Assembly (NCBI GenBank): GCA_963781585.1
Contig: CAWAGQ010000008.1
Span: 1 to 64,000, forward strand
Origin: an uncultured Gemmatimonadaceae bacterium
GTDB taxonomy: Bacteria; Gemmatimonadota; Gemmatimonadetes; Gemmatimonadales; Gemmatimonadaceae
Reading direction: 5' to 3'
Length of the DNA: 64,000 nucleotides
Shown in pieces: positions 48,811 to 59,281 of the stretch. The translations under genes and the position numbers were made by a program. The notes beneath the pieces were generated by a model, which was given only the letters and a program-made list of their open reading frames with translations, had not been told where the DNA came from and searched no databases. Each line of letters opens with the position of its first letter. Position 1 is the first letter of the stretch.

Positions 48811-50157
48811 TCAGCGGCGCGTCACCAGCACCACTACCCGGTCCGGCTCGCCCGCCCCACCCGCCGGCAGCGTGAGCGTCACGCCCGCGTCGGTCTCCGA
48901 CACGCCGACCGGCGCGCCGCCCGCGAGCATGCTCGCCCGCGCGACCCGCGCGCCTAACGCGGGGAGGGCCAGCACCCGGTCCGGCCAGTCGAGCACGTGG
49001 ACGAACACCGTGTCGCCGCGCTGGGTGGTGGCACCCCATTCACGGGGCGGCACCGGCCCCTTGCGCGTGCCGTAGATCGAGCGCCCGTACGTGCCAAGCC
49101 ACTTGCCGATCTCGCGGAGCCGCTCGGCGGCCTCGGGCTGCACCGTCCCATCGGGACGCGGCCCGATGTTGAGCAGCAGGTTGGCGTCGTTCCCCGCCGC
49201 GCGCACCAGATAGCCGATCAGCTCGCGCACCGATTTGAAGCGGCGGTCGGTGATGTTGAATCCCCACGAGTTGTTCATCGTGAGCGACGTCTCGAGCGGG
49301 AGCGCACCGATCTCGCGCGTGTTGAAGCCTGCGGTGTTCGCGCCCGGGAGATCCTGCTCGAACGTCTGCACGTCCTCGCCCGGAAGCGGCGCCTGATGGT
49401 GATTGGGGACGATGAGGGCGGCGGGCTGGAGCCGGTGGATCAGCGCGTACGTCTGCTGGAGCCTCCAGTCGGCGTCGGGCTTGTCCCACATCCCGTCGAA
49501 CCAGATGCCGCCGATGGGCCCATAGTGCGTGAGCAGCTCGGTGAGCTGCGCGTCGAGGAAATCGAGATAGCGATTCCAGTCGCCGCTTTCGGGACGGCCG
49601 GTGTTGTGTCCCGTGCGGCCGCGCGGCCAGTAGTCGGGGTTGTGCCAGTCGAGCTGTGAGTAATAGAAGAAGAGCTTGATCCCCTGCCGCTGGCACTCGT
49701 CGGCCAGCTCCTTCAATGGATCGCGATGAAAGGGCGTCCAGTCGACGATGTTGTACCGCGTCGCCGCGCTCCCGAACATGGAGAAGCCGTCGTGGTGCCG
49801 CGACGTGATGGTGATGTAGCGGACGCCGGCCGCTTTGGCGAGCGCGACCCATTCCTTCGCGTCGAACTTCACCGGATTGAACGTCGACGCGAGCCACTCG
49901 TATGTCGGCACCGCGATCTGCCGGTTCTCCATGACCCACTCGCCCTGGCCGAGCAGGCTGTAGACGCCCCAGTGGATGAACATCCCGAACTTCGCGGCGC
50001 GGTACCACTCTCGCGCGGCCAGGCGCTCGGCGGGGACGCTGTCGGTCGCCTGGGCGCGGGGCTGAACCGCGTCAGGCAGCGCGGTGAGCAGCACCCCGGC
50101 GACAATCAGCCGGCGCATGCGAACGGCGCTAGTGGCCGGTGCGGTGGGTCTCGTCAT
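48811..50157 (-). CDS. Alpha-L-fucosidase (GH29)
   Basis: KFGMFIHWGVYS, RHHDGF, IWFDG nucleophile, LLLNIGP; start 50157 or 50118. Confidence 0.92.
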   Translation of the reverse strand: MTRPTAPATSAVRMRRLIVAGVLLTALPDAVQPRAQATDSVPAERLAAREWYRAAKFGMFIHWGVYSLLGQGEWVMENRQIAVPTYEWLASTFNPVKFDAKEWVALAKAAGVRYITITSRHHDGFSMFGSAATRYNIVDWTPFHRDPLKELADECQRQGIKLFFYYSQLDWHNPDYWPRGRTGHNTGRPESGDWNRYLDFLDAQLTELLTHYGPIGGIWFDGMWDKPDADWRLQQTYALIHRLQPAALIVPNHHQAPLPGEDVQTFEQDLPGANTAGFNTREIGALPLETSLTMNNSWGFNITDRRFKSVRELIGYLVRAAGNDANLLLNIGPRPDGTVQPEAAERLREIGKWLGTYGRSIYGTRKGPVPPREWGATTQRGDTVFVHVLDWPDRVLALPALGARVARASMLAGGAPVGVSETDAGVTLTLPAGGAGEPDRVVVLVTRR

Positions 50158-52288
50158 CGAGCTTCGGACCTGACGTGGGGTACCGGGCCGCGAGCTTGCG
50201 CAGCCCCGCCGGTTTCCCGATCACGGTGAGCCGGTCGCCGTCCTCGAGCACGATATGTCCCCGTGGCACGATCGCATGTTCTCCCCGACCGATCATCGCC
50301 ACCAGTCCGCCGTTCGGAATGTCGATCGAGTTGACGGTCCGGCCCACCATGGATTCGGTCGCCGTGCCGACGCGCACGAAGAGGGTGAGGAAGCGCTCGT
50401 CACGGAGCAGCACCTCCTTGAGCTCGTGCTCATCGCGCGCGGCGAGCCAGGCATCGAGGAACGTCTCGTCCTCAACCCGGCTGGCGAGCTGCGCGAGAAT
50501 GCGCAGATGCCGACCGGGATTGCCCTCGCCGCTCACGAGGAAAAACACCGCGCGCACCGGGGTCGTGTCGGCCGGCCCGGTGAGCTCGCTCGCCGCGTCG
50601 CGCCGCCGCACGCCTTTGGCGCAACGCGCGATCACGAGGGCCGATCCGTCATGATCGGCCAGTCGGGTATGAAGCAGGGCGGCGCCGTGCGAGATCGCGG
50701 CCTCGCCCATCTCGAGCGCGCGACCCAGCCCCTCTTCCAGATCGCGCGCCGACACCTGCAGCTGGCCGGCCAGCCGGGCCGCGGCCTCGCGCACGACGTC
50801 CGACAGCACCACCGGCGCCGGGTAGTCGAACACGACGCTCGCTGCCACGATCTCGTCGAACGGATCCTGCGCGCGCAGCCCCTTCTCCTTCATCAGGTCG
50901 CGCAGCTCGCGATCGAGTCCCCCGAAGCGCCGCTTGCCGAGTCGCTCGAAGACGTGGAAGATCGCGCCGTCCCGCTCGATCCGATCGCGCGCGAAGTACG
51001 TGTACCAGGCCACCGACGCACCGGTCACCCCGGCGGTGAACAGCACCGGGAGCCATCCCAACTCGGCCACCAGCACCAGCGCGCCGAAGATCCCCACCAG
51101 CTGCAACCACGGATAGAAGGGCGCGCGAAAACCCGGGTCGTACGATTCGATCCGGCTCTCACGCATCACGATGACGGCCACGTTGAGCAGCGCGAACAGC
51201 ATGAGCTGGATGGCGCTGGCCAGTTTCGCCACGCCCTCCACCGGCAGCACGAGGAGGAACACCACCAGCAGGACGCACGTGAACAGCACGGCGGCCACCG
51301 GCGTTCCCCGGCGGCCGGTCTTGGCGAAGCGATCCGGGAACAACCGGTCGCGTGCCATCGCCAGCGGATAGCGCGACGCCGCCAGCACACCCGCGTTTGC
51401 CATCGAGGCGAACGCCACGATGCCCGCGCCGACCATGATCCAGCGCAGGATGTGGCCGGGAATCCAGGTGGTGAACGCGCCGGCGGCATCGGCCACCGGC
51501 GTCAGGCTCCCGCTCAGCCGATCGGCTCCGAGCACCGCCACCATCACGAACACGCCGCTCACGTAGATCGCGGTCACCGTCAGAAGACCCAGCCCCATGC
51601 CCAACGGAATGTTGCGATCCGGGTTCTTCACTTCTTCGGCCAGGCTCGCGACCTGCGTGAGACCGATGAACGACACGAAGACCAGGCCGACGGCCTCGAG
51701 CAGGCCATCCGATCCGTGGGAGAGGAAGGGGGTAAAGCGCGCGTGTCGCTCCGCCGAGGTCTCCGCCGAGAAGGCGTCGATCAGGCCGTGGACGAGGAAG
51801 AACGCCAGGATCACCAGCAGCACCACGACCAGGATCCGGATCAGCCCGCTCGACTCCTTGGCACCCAGCAGGTTGATGAGCGCGATGAACACGGTGAATC
51901 CCACCGCGGTGGCGACGTCAGGCACGTCCACGACCAGGCCGACGTACGCTCCCATGCCGATGAGCGCGAATGCGCTCTTCAGCACCATGGTGAGCCAGGT
52001 GCCGATGCCGCCAATGGTGCCGACCAGCGGTCCGAGCGTGCGGTCGAGGAAGTAGTACGCGCCGCCGGCTCGCGGCATGGCGGTTGCGAGTTCCGCCTGG
52101 CAGAGCATCGCCGGGACGATCAGTACTCCGGCGATGAGGTAGGCCACGACCACGCCAGGTCCCGCGTGCGACGCGGCGATCCCGGGCAGGAGGAAGAAGC
52201 CCGAGCTGATCATCGCGCCCACGCAGATCACGTAGACGTCGGAAAGACCGAGCGCCTTGTTCAAGCGCGTGAAGTCGAGCAGCCGCAT
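50129..52288 (-). CDS. APC permease fused to PTS EIIA(Ntr/Fru)-like and TrkA-C (RCK-C) domains
   Basis: GAMISSGFF TM core; GAALLHTR and HLRILAQLA (EIIA_2); LVAMIGRG..IVPRG..LEDGDRLTVIG (TrkA-C). Confidence 0.85.
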   Translation of the reverse strand: MRLLDFTRLNKALGLSDVYVICVGAMISSGFFLLPGIAASHAGPGVVVAYLIAGVLIVPAMLCQAELATAMPRAGGAYYFLDRTLGPLVGTIGGIGTWLTMVLKSAFALIGMGAYVGLVVDVPDVATAVGFTVFIALINLLGAKESSGLIRILVVVLLVILAFFLVHGLIDAFSAETSAERHARFTPFLSHGSDGLLEAVGLVFVSFIGLTQVASLAEEVKNPDRNIPLGMGLGLLTVTAIYVSGVFVMVAVLGADRLSGSLTPVADAAGAFTTWIPGHILRWIMVGAGIVAFASMANAGVLAASRYPLAMARDRLFPDRFAKTGRRGTPVAAVLFTCVLLVVFLLVLPVEGVAKLASAIQLMLFALLNVAVIVMRESRIESYDPGFRAPFYPWLQLVGIFGALVLVAELGWLPVLFTAGVTGASVAWYTYFARDRIERDGAIFHVFERLGKRRFGGLDRELRDLMKEKGLRAQDPFDEIVAASVVFDYPAPVVLSDVVREAAARLAGQLQVSARDLEEGLGRALEMGEAAISHGAALLHTRLADHDGSALVIARCAKGVRRRDAASELTGPADTTPVRAVFFLVSGEGNPGRHLRILAQLASRVEDETFLDAWLAARDEHELKEVLLRDERFLTLFVRVGTATESMVGRTVNSIDIPNGGLVAMIGRGEHAIVPRGHIVLEDGDRLTVIGKPAGLRKLAARYPTSGPKLDDETHRTGH

Positions 52289-52399
52289 CCGCTACACGCT
52301 AGCCCTCGGCGTGCAAGTCAGCTAGCCCGGCGGCGATTGCCGGGAAGCCGCTAGATTGTCCGGAGACGCATGGTTCCTTCGACTTCACCCGGCACTCGC

Positions 52400-53878
52400 A
52401 TGAATCGCATCGCGGTCGCGGTCCTGCCGCTCCTGTTCTTCGGGAATTGGGGTCAGACTCGAATTGCCAGCGAAGGCGCGACAGGTGGCACGCGACCGTT
52501 CGATCACTCCCCTGGCGTTCCGGGAAATTGGGGTCAGACTCGCATTTCAACGAACGCGAGAGGTGTACCGCAGCCGGTCGATGACTCCCTTGGCATTTCC
52601 AACATCGCTTGGGCTGCCGGGCCGGCCGCTCGCGCCATCGCCGACTCGCTCGACCGCATCGAGCGCGTGCTGGTCCAGGCGGTGAACGCCCGGAGTGCGG
52701 AGGAACTGGCGCTGCTGGTACGGCTGGTGAACATCAACAGCGGCACGATGAACTTTCGCGGTGTGCGGCAAGTCGGGGATGCGCTGCGCGCCGAGTTCGA
52801 CGCGCTGGGCTTCACCACTCACTGGGTGGAAGGCGCCTCGTTCCAGCGCGCGGGCCATCTGGTGGCCGAGCACAACGGCCCGGGCCCGCGCATCCTGCTG
52901 ATCGGCCATCTCGATACCGTGTTCGAGCCGACCAGCCCGTTCCAGCGATTCGAGCGGCTGAGCGATACGACCGCGCGAGGCCCCGGCGTGATCGACATGA
53001 AGGGCGGCGATGTAATCGCGCTCTACGCGCTCAAGGCGTTGCGGCAGGCGGGCGTGCTGGACCGGATGAACGTGACCGTGGTGTTCACCGGTGACGAGGA
53101 AAAGTCCGGTGCACCACTCGATTCGGCGCGGTTCGCGCTTCGTCAGGCGGCGCGCGGCTCGAAGTACGCGATCGGGTTCGAGGATGGGGACGGCGATCCG
53201 CACACGGCGGTGGTGTCGCGTCGCGGGGCCGGGGGGTGGGTGCTCCGCTCCACCGGGACGCCGGCGCACTCGTCACAGATCTTCCGCGAGGACATCGGTC
53301 CGGGGGCGATTTTCGAGACGGCCCGGGTACTGCAGGCGTTCCGCGAGCGCCTGGCGTCGCAGCAGTATCTCACTTTCAACCCCGGAGTGGCGTTAGGCGG
53401 GACCGACGTCACGCTCGACAGCACGCTCACCGACGGGTCGGCGTCGGGGAAGACCAACGTGGTGGCTCAGTCGATGGCGGTGAGCGGCGACATCCGGACC
53501 ATCTCGCCCGAGCAGCTCGAATCGGTGCGGGCCGCGATGCGCCAGATCGTGTCGCTGCACCTTCCGCACACCGGCTCGGAGATCGCGTTCGAGGACGGCT
53601 ATCCGCCGATGGCGCCCACCGACGGGAATCGGCGGCTGCTGGCGCTCTACGATTCGGTGAGCCGCGACCTCGGTCTGGGCCCGGTGACGGCGGTGGATCC
53701 GATGCGCGCCGGCGCGGCGGACGTGTCGTTCGTGGCGCCGCTGGTGCCGAACATCATCGACGGCGTAGGGTTGGCAGGGTGGGACGATCACACCGAGAAG
53801 GAGACGGCGGATCTCCGGATGCTCGCTCCGCTGACGAGGCGGGCGGCGGTGTTGTTGTACCGGTTGTCGCGGCGCTAG
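52400..53878 (+). CDS. M20 family metallopeptidase (glutamate carboxypeptidase-like)
   Basis: IGHLDTVF, GPGVIDMKGG, GDEE, AHSS, DHTEKE; signal peptide. Confidence 0.9.
   Translation: MNRIAVAVLPLLFFGNWGQTRIASEGATGGTRPFDHSPGVPGNWGQTRISTNARGVPQPVDDSLGISNIAWAAGPAARAIADSLDRIERVLVQAVNARSAEELALLVRLVNINSGTMNFRGVRQVGDALRAEFDALGFTTHWVEGASFQRAGHLVAEHNGPGPRILLIGHLDTVFEPTSPFQRFERLSDTTARGPGVIDMKGGDVIALYALKALRQAGVLDRMNVTVVFTGDEEKSGAPLDSARFALRQAARGSKYAIGFEDGDGDPHTAVVSRRGAGGWVLRSTGTPAHSSQIFREDIGPGAIFETARVLQAFRERLASQQYLTFNPGVALGGTDVTLDSTLTDGSASGKTNVVAQSMAVSGDIRTISPEQLESVRAAMRQIVSLHLPHTGSEIAFEDGYPPMAPTDGNRRLLALYDSVSRDLGLGPVTAVDPMRAGAADVSFVAPLVPNIIDGVGLAGWDDHTEKETADLRMLAPLTRRAAVLLYRLSRR
52445..52546 (+). repeat. 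Two REP-like copies 81 bp apart, in frame inside the M20 gene
   Basis: AATTGGGGTCAGACTCGAATT (52445) and AATTGGGGTCAGACTCGCATT (52526), each read as NWGQTRI. Confidence 0.7.
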
Positions 53879-53882
53879 CCGG

Positions 53883-53935
53883 AATCGGAGTCAGACTCGA
53901 ATTCCCGTCGAATGGGCCAGCGTCTGACCCCAATT
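53883..53935. repeat. Inverted REP-like pair overlapping the next start codon
   Basis: AATCGGAGTCAGACTCGAATT (53883) and GTCTGACCCCAATT (53922-53935). Confidence 0.65.
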
Positions 53936-55006
53936 GTCTGCGCGGTTGCGCTGCTGGGATGCGGGTCGGGACGCGGCGCGCCGCAGGCCGCATCAGACCA
54001 GACGATGCCCCGCCGCGAGTGGCGCGATCACCCGCCGGCGCCGCGCGAGTACGTCGCGCTTCGCCGCGACGGCGCGCTGGCGGTGGACGGACGCCTCGAT
54101 GACCCGGCGTGGGGACCGGCGCCCTGGTCCTCCGACTTCACCGACATCGAGGGCGACGTGCGTCCCGCGCCCCGTTTTCGCACGCGCGTGAAGATGCTCT
54201 TCGACAGCACGTACTGGTACATCGGCGCCGAGCTGGAGGAGCCCGATCTGTGGGCGACGATCCGCCAGCGCGATGCGGTCATTTTTCACGACAACGATTT
54301 CGAGCTGTTCGTGGATCCTGACGGCGACACACACCGGTACGTCGAACTCGAGATCAACGCGCTCGCGACCCCGTGGGATCTGTTTCTGCCGGTGCCCTAT
54401 CGCGACGGCGGGCACGCGGTGGATTCGTTCAACATCACCGGACTTCTGGCGCGGGTCGCACTCGACGGAACGCTCAACGATCCGCGCGATCGTGACCGGG
54501 GATGGACCGTGGAGCTGGCCATTCCGTGGACGTCGCTGGCGGATTCGGGCCGCACTGCCGTGCCTCCGCGCGAAGGCGATGCATGGCGGGTGAACTTCTC
54601 GCGCGTGGAGTGGGATGTGGACACGACCGCCGGTGCGTACGCGAAGCGCACGAATCCGGCAACCGGCAAGCCGCTCCCCGAGCACAACTGGGTCTGGTCG
54701 CCGCAGGGCGCGATCAACATGCACATGCCCGAGATGTGGGGAATCGTGCACTTCGCTCATGCGGCCCCGTCCGACAGCGCCACCCGGGCGACACAGTGGA
54801 CGCTCCGCCGCGTATACTATGCGCAGCGGGACTATCGGCAGCGCCACCGACGGTACGCCGAAGATCCGGTCGCGTTAGGCATGGCGTCCAACGCACGCGA
54901 CCTGGTGATGGTGACCCTGGCCGATGGATGGGAAGCGTCGCTGCCGGCGACCAGCGGTGGCGGACGCTGGCATATCCGGACCGACGGGAGACTCTGGCGG
55001 GAGTAG
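53912..55006 (+). CDS. CBM9-like carbohydrate-binding lipoprotein
   Basis: Lipobox LLGC; VDGRLDDPAW, FTDIEG, DNDFELFVDP, WRVNFSRVEW, NWVWSPQG..MHMPE. Confidence 0.85.
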   Translation: MGQRLTPIVCAVALLGCGSGRGAPQAASDQTMPRREWRDHPPAPREYVALRRDGALAVDGRLDDPAWGPAPWSSDFTDIEGDVRPAPRFRTRVKMLFDSTYWYIGAELEEPDLWATIRQRDAVIFHDNDFELFVDPDGDTHRYVELEINALATPWDLFLPVPYRDGGHAVDSFNITGLLARVALDGTLNDPRDRDRGWTVELAIPWTSLADSGRTAVPPREGDAWRVNFSRVEWDVDTTAGAYAKRTNPATGKPLPEHNWVWSPQGAINMHMPEMWGIVHFAHAAPSDSATRATQWTLRRVYYAQRDYRQRHRRYAEDPVALGMASNARDLVMVTLADGWEASLPATSGGGRWHIRTDGRLWRE

Positions 55007-55072
55007 TCGAAGGCGGTTCGGCGGCGGGGCACGTCCGCGGGCGGGCAGGACCGATCAGGAACAGGGGATTCG

Positions 55073-56206
55073 ATGCGAAGACGGACATTCCTGGAACGGG
55101 TCGGAGGGGCGGCTGCGGGAGCGGCGATCGTCCACTTGGGGCGGGCGCGCGCCGCGATAGCTGCGGGACGCGTCACCGGGACGGCCGCGGCGGAGGGGCC
55201 CACCTCTCCTCCCCCGGACTTCGCCGCGTGGACCTGGGTCCATGGCAATGCGCGCGACGCGGCCGCGGATTGGCGCGCGCGCTTCGCACGCCTCCGGGCC
55301 GCCGGCATCACGGGCGTGCTGGTGGGCGGCGGCGACACGACCACGCTCGCTGACGCCGCGCGCGCCGAGGGACTGCGGTTCCATCGCTGGACCTGGATCA
55401 TGAATCGCAGCAGCGACGACTGGGTCAAGAAGAACCATCCCGAGTGGTTCGACGTGAGCCGGAAGGGCGAGTCGAGCCTGGATCACCCGCCCTACGTCCC
55501 GTACTACCAGTGGCTCTGTCCGACGCGACCGGAGGTCCGGGAGTATCTGCGGGGCGTGGTGGACGAGGTGGCGAAGCACCCCGGCGTGGACGGCGTGCAC
55601 CTGGACTACATCCGTCACCCCGATGTCATCCTGCCCAGGGGCTTGTGGTCGAAGTACCACCTGGTGCAGGACCACGAGATGCCGGAGTACGACTTCTGTT
55701 ACTGCGAGGTCTGCCGCACGGCGTTCCGCGCCCAGTCGGCCACCGATCCCCTGCAGCTGCCCGATCCCTCGGCCGATCAGGCGTGGCGCGAGTTCCGGTG
55801 GAATTCGATCACCGGCGTGGTACGCGAGCTGTCGGGCACGGTGCGCGCGCGGGGGAAGCAGATCACCGCCGCGGTCTTCCCCACGCCGACCATCGCGCGC
55901 AAGCTCGTCAGGCAGGCCTGGGACCAGTGGCCGCTGGACGCGGTCTTCCCGATGCTTTACCACGGGTTCTACGAGGAGGACATTCCGTGGATCGGCACAT
56001 CGGCACGGGAGGGAGTGCAGGCCGTGCCGGCTGGCGAGCCGCTCTACGCGGGCCTGTACCTCCCCGACCTCGATCCTCCCTCGTTAGGTCGGGCGATCCG
56101 CGCGGCGCGCGAGGGTGGCGCGCGCGGCGTGTCGTTCTTCGACTCGAACGGCTTGACCGACGCGCATCTGGCGGTGGTGCGGGAAGAGATAGTCCATAGC
56201 TCGTAG
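55073..56206 (+). CDS. Glycosyl hydrolase-like 10 (DUF187) family protein, Tat-exported
   Basis: RRRTFL; WLCPTRPEVR; DGVHLDYIR; VRQAWDQW; PMLYH. Confidence 0.82.
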   Translation: MRRRTFLERVGGAAAGAAIVHLGRARAAIAAGRVTGTAAAEGPTSPPPDFAAWTWVHGNARDAAADWRARFARLRAAGITGVLVGGGDTTTLADAARAEGLRFHRWTWIMNRSSDDWVKKNHPEWFDVSRKGESSLDHPPYVPYYQWLCPTRPEVREYLRGVVDEVAKHPGVDGVHLDYIRHPDVILPRGLWSKYHLVQDHEMPEYDFCYCEVCRTAFRAQSATDPLQLPDPSADQAWREFRWNSITGVVRELSGTVRARGKQITAAVFPTPTIARKLVRQAWDQWPLDAVFPMLYHGFYEEDIPWIGTSAREGVQAVPAGEPLYAGLYLPDLDPPSLGRAIRAAREGGARGVSFFDSNGLTDAHLAVVREEIVHSS

Positions 56207-56305
56207 CTCCTGACAAACCCGCCGTTCGCCGATTGCACTCGTTGCCGGCTACTGATACCTGTCCACTGATTCCGTCTACCGATGCCTGACCACTGATGAC
56301 TGTTA

Positions 56306-57646
56306 CTATCGCACGACCCGCTTCATCAATCGCGCCAGTGGCCAGCTCGCGACCATCAGCGCCAGCGTGATGGTCGCGCTCTTCGGGTCCGCGTACACCA
56401 GCGTGCCGAGGATCGCGAGCGCGAACAGCAGTGCCAGCCCCGGCACCCACGGATATCCCCACGCGCGATATGGTCTCGGCGCGTCCGGCTCGCGGCGACG
56501 CAACACGAACAGCGACACGAACACCATCACGTAGCCCACGATGATGAACACCGTGTCGACGCCGAGCGCGGCGTTGAACGAGCCGGTGAACAGAAACGCG
56601 GCAATCGCCACAACGCTCAGCAGCATCGCCACACCGGGCGTTCCACCCGCGTTCACCTGCGCCGCCTGTCTGGGGAAGAGCCGGTCCCGGCTCATCGCGA
56701 GCAGGATACGGGGCGTTGTCATCATCTGGGCGTTCACGGTCCCGATGACCGAGACGATCATGACGGCGCGAATGATCGCATCGCCACGCGCTCCGAACAA
56801 CGCGCGCGCAACTGTCCCGCCCACGAACGCATCTCCCGCCATGCTCGAAATGGGCACGATCGTCACGAACGCGGCGTTCACCAGCAGGTAGATGGCGATG
56901 ATCAGCAGCAGCCCCCGGAAGATCGACTCCGGGATGGCCCGGCCCGCGTCACGGATTTCCTCGCCGCAATAGACCACCGCATAGTAGCTGTCGTAGGTGA
57001 AGACAATGCCCTGCATCGCGAGCGCCAGCGCCGCCACCAGCGCCAATCCACCCGGCATTGCCGCCGGCGCACCGGCGTCGATCGCGGTGTGCGGAAGGAA
57101 GAACGCGGCGGCGATCAGACCCACCAGCGCCAGGGTCTTGAGGACGCTGGTCACCTCCTGCATGCGCCCGCCCCACAGCACGCCCCGCAATTGCAGCAGC
57201 ACGATGCCGGCGAAGACCGCGAACCCGGTGAGCGTCGCATGCCCCGCGAGCGGGACGAACAGCACGCCGAGGTACTCGCCGATCAGAAGGATCAGCGCGG
57301 CCGACGACACCGACCAGTTCATCCAGTCGACGGCACCCACGAAGAAGCCGACGCCGTCGCCCATCGCGCGCTGCGCGAAGGTGTAGATCCCCCCCGATCG
57401 CGGAATCATCGTCCCGAGCTCCGCGTAGGCCGTGGCCCCGAACAACGCGTTCACCGCGCCGAACACCCACACCGCCATGAACAGCGTGACGTCAGGCAGC
57501 TGCCGTGCCACATCGCCCGGCGTGTGGAGGATGCCGCCACCGATCGTCGCGCCGATGGCGATTGCCAGCGCGAACGCCGATCCGAGGACGCGCAGCAGCC
57601 CCCGTGGGTGTGGGCGTACCGATTCGGCGGCTGCAGTCACCACCAT
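56306..57646 (-). CDS. APC family amino acid permease
   Basis: GATIGGGI, YAELG..GGIY, RPYRAWGYP; multiple TM helices. Confidence 0.9.
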   Translation of the reverse strand: MVVTAAAESVRPHPRGLLRVLGSAFALAIAIGATIGGGILHTPGDVARQLPDVTLFMAVWVFGAVNALFGATAYAELGTMIPRSGGIYTFAQRAMGDGVGFFVGAVDWMNWSVSSAALILLIGEYLGVLFVPLAGHATLTGFAVFAGIVLLQLRGVLWGGRMQEVTSVLKTLALVGLIAAAFFLPHTAIDAGAPAAMPGGLALVAALALAMQGIVFTYDSYYAVVYCGEEIRDAGRAIPESIFRGLLLIIAIYLLVNAAFVTIVPISSMAGDAFVGGTVARALFGARGDAIIRAVMIVSVIGTVNAQMMTTPRILLAMSRDRLFPRQAAQVNAGGTPGVAMLLSVVAIAAFLFTGSFNAALGVDTVFIIVGYVMVFVSLFVLRRREPDAPRPYRAWGYPWVPGLALLFALAILGTLVYADPKSATITLALMVASWPLARLMKRVVR

Positions 57647-57718
57647 CTTCCCGATGGCCTCGGCAGGCGGCTGGCGCGCCGTCCGACCGTGCAGGTGCTC
57701 CCGACGTTGTCGCGCCGT

Positions 57719-59281
57719 TCAGCGCCCAATCCGCACCACCAGCTCCTTGCCGCGCCATTCGGCCGGGTCGACATCGCGCCCGAGCGCCGTCACCCGTCGG
57801 GTGCCCGACGGGTAGGTGACCTCGACGTCCACGTGCCCGGGGGTCGCGAGCCCGAAGTGCACCGGCATGTCGCTCTGCGCGTCGTACCCCGACCCGCTGT
57901 CCACCAGCCGCGTGCCGAGCAACTGGCGGGTTCCGCTGGCGTAGAGCCGCACCTCGGCGCCGCTCCGCGTGGCATGCCCCGAGTCGTCCAGCACCCGCAC
58001 CGCGAGCGAGCGCGCCGCCGCATCCGGCGCGAGCATGTTGCGCAGGAGATAGTGCATGCCGTCGGGCCGCGATCCGGTGAGCGCCAGATCCTCGTCGCCA
58101 TCACGATCGAAGTCGGCCCACTCCACACCGTGATCCGCCTGCAGCGCGACGACGTTCTGCGGCGTCACGTCCTCGAACCGCGTGCCGGTGTTGCGAAGGA
58201 GGTAATCGCGGTAGCTCACCCCGCCGGTGACCGTGCCATTCACGTAGAGGTCGAGACGGCCATCGTGATCGAAATCGGCGAAGGCGCAGGCGTCGTAGCG
58301 CGAGTCGATCGCGACGCCCCAGGCCGCCGACGCATCCTCGAAGCGCAAGCCGTTCCGCCGGAGGAACAGCCCGTTCCGTCCATAGTTGGCGGCGAACAGG
58401 TCGAGATGCCCGTCGCCGTCCACGTCGGCGGCGCAGGGCCGGACCGTCCCATTGGTTGAATCGTCAGGCAGGCGACCGCCCCAGTTCACGCCCTCGATGG
58501 CCGCCACATCGACGAATCGGCCGCCGTCGTTGCGGAACAGCCCGTTCGCATCGCCGTCCATGTTCGCCACGTACACGTCCAGGTCGCCGTCCTCGTCGTA
58601 GTCGAACCACACCGCGCCCACGCTGCGCCGTGGATCGTCGAGCCCCACCGACCGCCCGATTTCGGTGAAATGGCCGCGGTCGTTCCGGTACAGCGCGTTA
58701 GGCCGGTCGCGGAAGGCGACGAACAGATCGAGATCGCCATCGCCGTCGTAGTCGACCCAGACCGGCTGGCGCACCGTGCCCGAGTCGCGTTGCAGCTGCG
58801 CGTCGACGGTCAGGTCGGTGAAGTGGCCACGGTCGTTCCGATAGAGGCGCAGGACCGACCCGGCGGCGGGAGTGAATCCCACCAGCAGGTCCGGGTCGCC
58901 GTCGTTGTCGAAGTCGCCCCATGCCGCGGCGCGTGTGGGATGCGCGTCGGCCACGCCGGCCGCGGCGCCGACCTCCACGAAGGTCCCGCTGTCGTTGCGG
59001 TACAGCCGGTTGGGTGCGCCGTTGAATCCGACGAACAGATCGAGATCGCCGTCGCCGTCGAAATCGGCGAACGCATTGGTGAGCGCACCGCCGGCCGCGA
59101 ACAGGTCGGGCTGCACGACCTCGAACGTCGGCGGGGCGCTCGGCCGCGGGGCGCCGGTTGCGGCGAGCAGTCCGAATGCCGCCGCCAGATATCCGCGGCG
59201 TCGACTGCTGCCAGGGCGCGAGCGCCAGAGGCTATGCGGGATTCCGGGGGCCTGGCTCGGGGAGATCGCGGGTGTGTTCAT
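57719..59281 (-). CDS. CRTAC1-like FG-GAP repeat protein with ASPIC/UnbV domain
   Basis: D(F/Y)DxDGDxDL repeats; SGSGYDAQS..VHFGL. Confidence 0.9.
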   Translation of the reverse strand: MNTPAISPSQAPGIPHSLWRSRPGSSRRRGYLAAAFGLLAATGAPRPSAPPTFEVVQPDLFAAGGALTNAFADFDGDGDLDLFVGFNGAPNRLYRNDSGTFVEVGAAAGVADAHPTRAAAWGDFDNDGDPDLLVGFTPAAGSVLRLYRNDRGHFTDLTVDAQLQRDSGTVRQPVWVDYDGDGDLDLFVAFRDRPNALYRNDRGHFTEIGRSVGLDDPRRSVGAVWFDYDEDGDLDVYVANMDGDANGLFRNDGGRFVDVAAIEGVNWGGRLPDDSTNGTVRPCAADVDGDGHLDLFAANYGRNGLFLRRNGLRFEDASAAWGVAIDSRYDACAFADFDHDGRLDLYVNGTVTGGVSYRDYLLRNTGTRFEDVTPQNVVALQADHGVEWADFDRDGDEDLALTGSRPDGMHYLLRNMLAPDAAARSLAVRVLDDSGHATRSGAEVRLYASGTRQLLGTRLVDSGSGYDAQSDMPVHFGLATPGHVDVEVTYPSGTRRVTALGRDVDPAEWRGKELVVRIGR

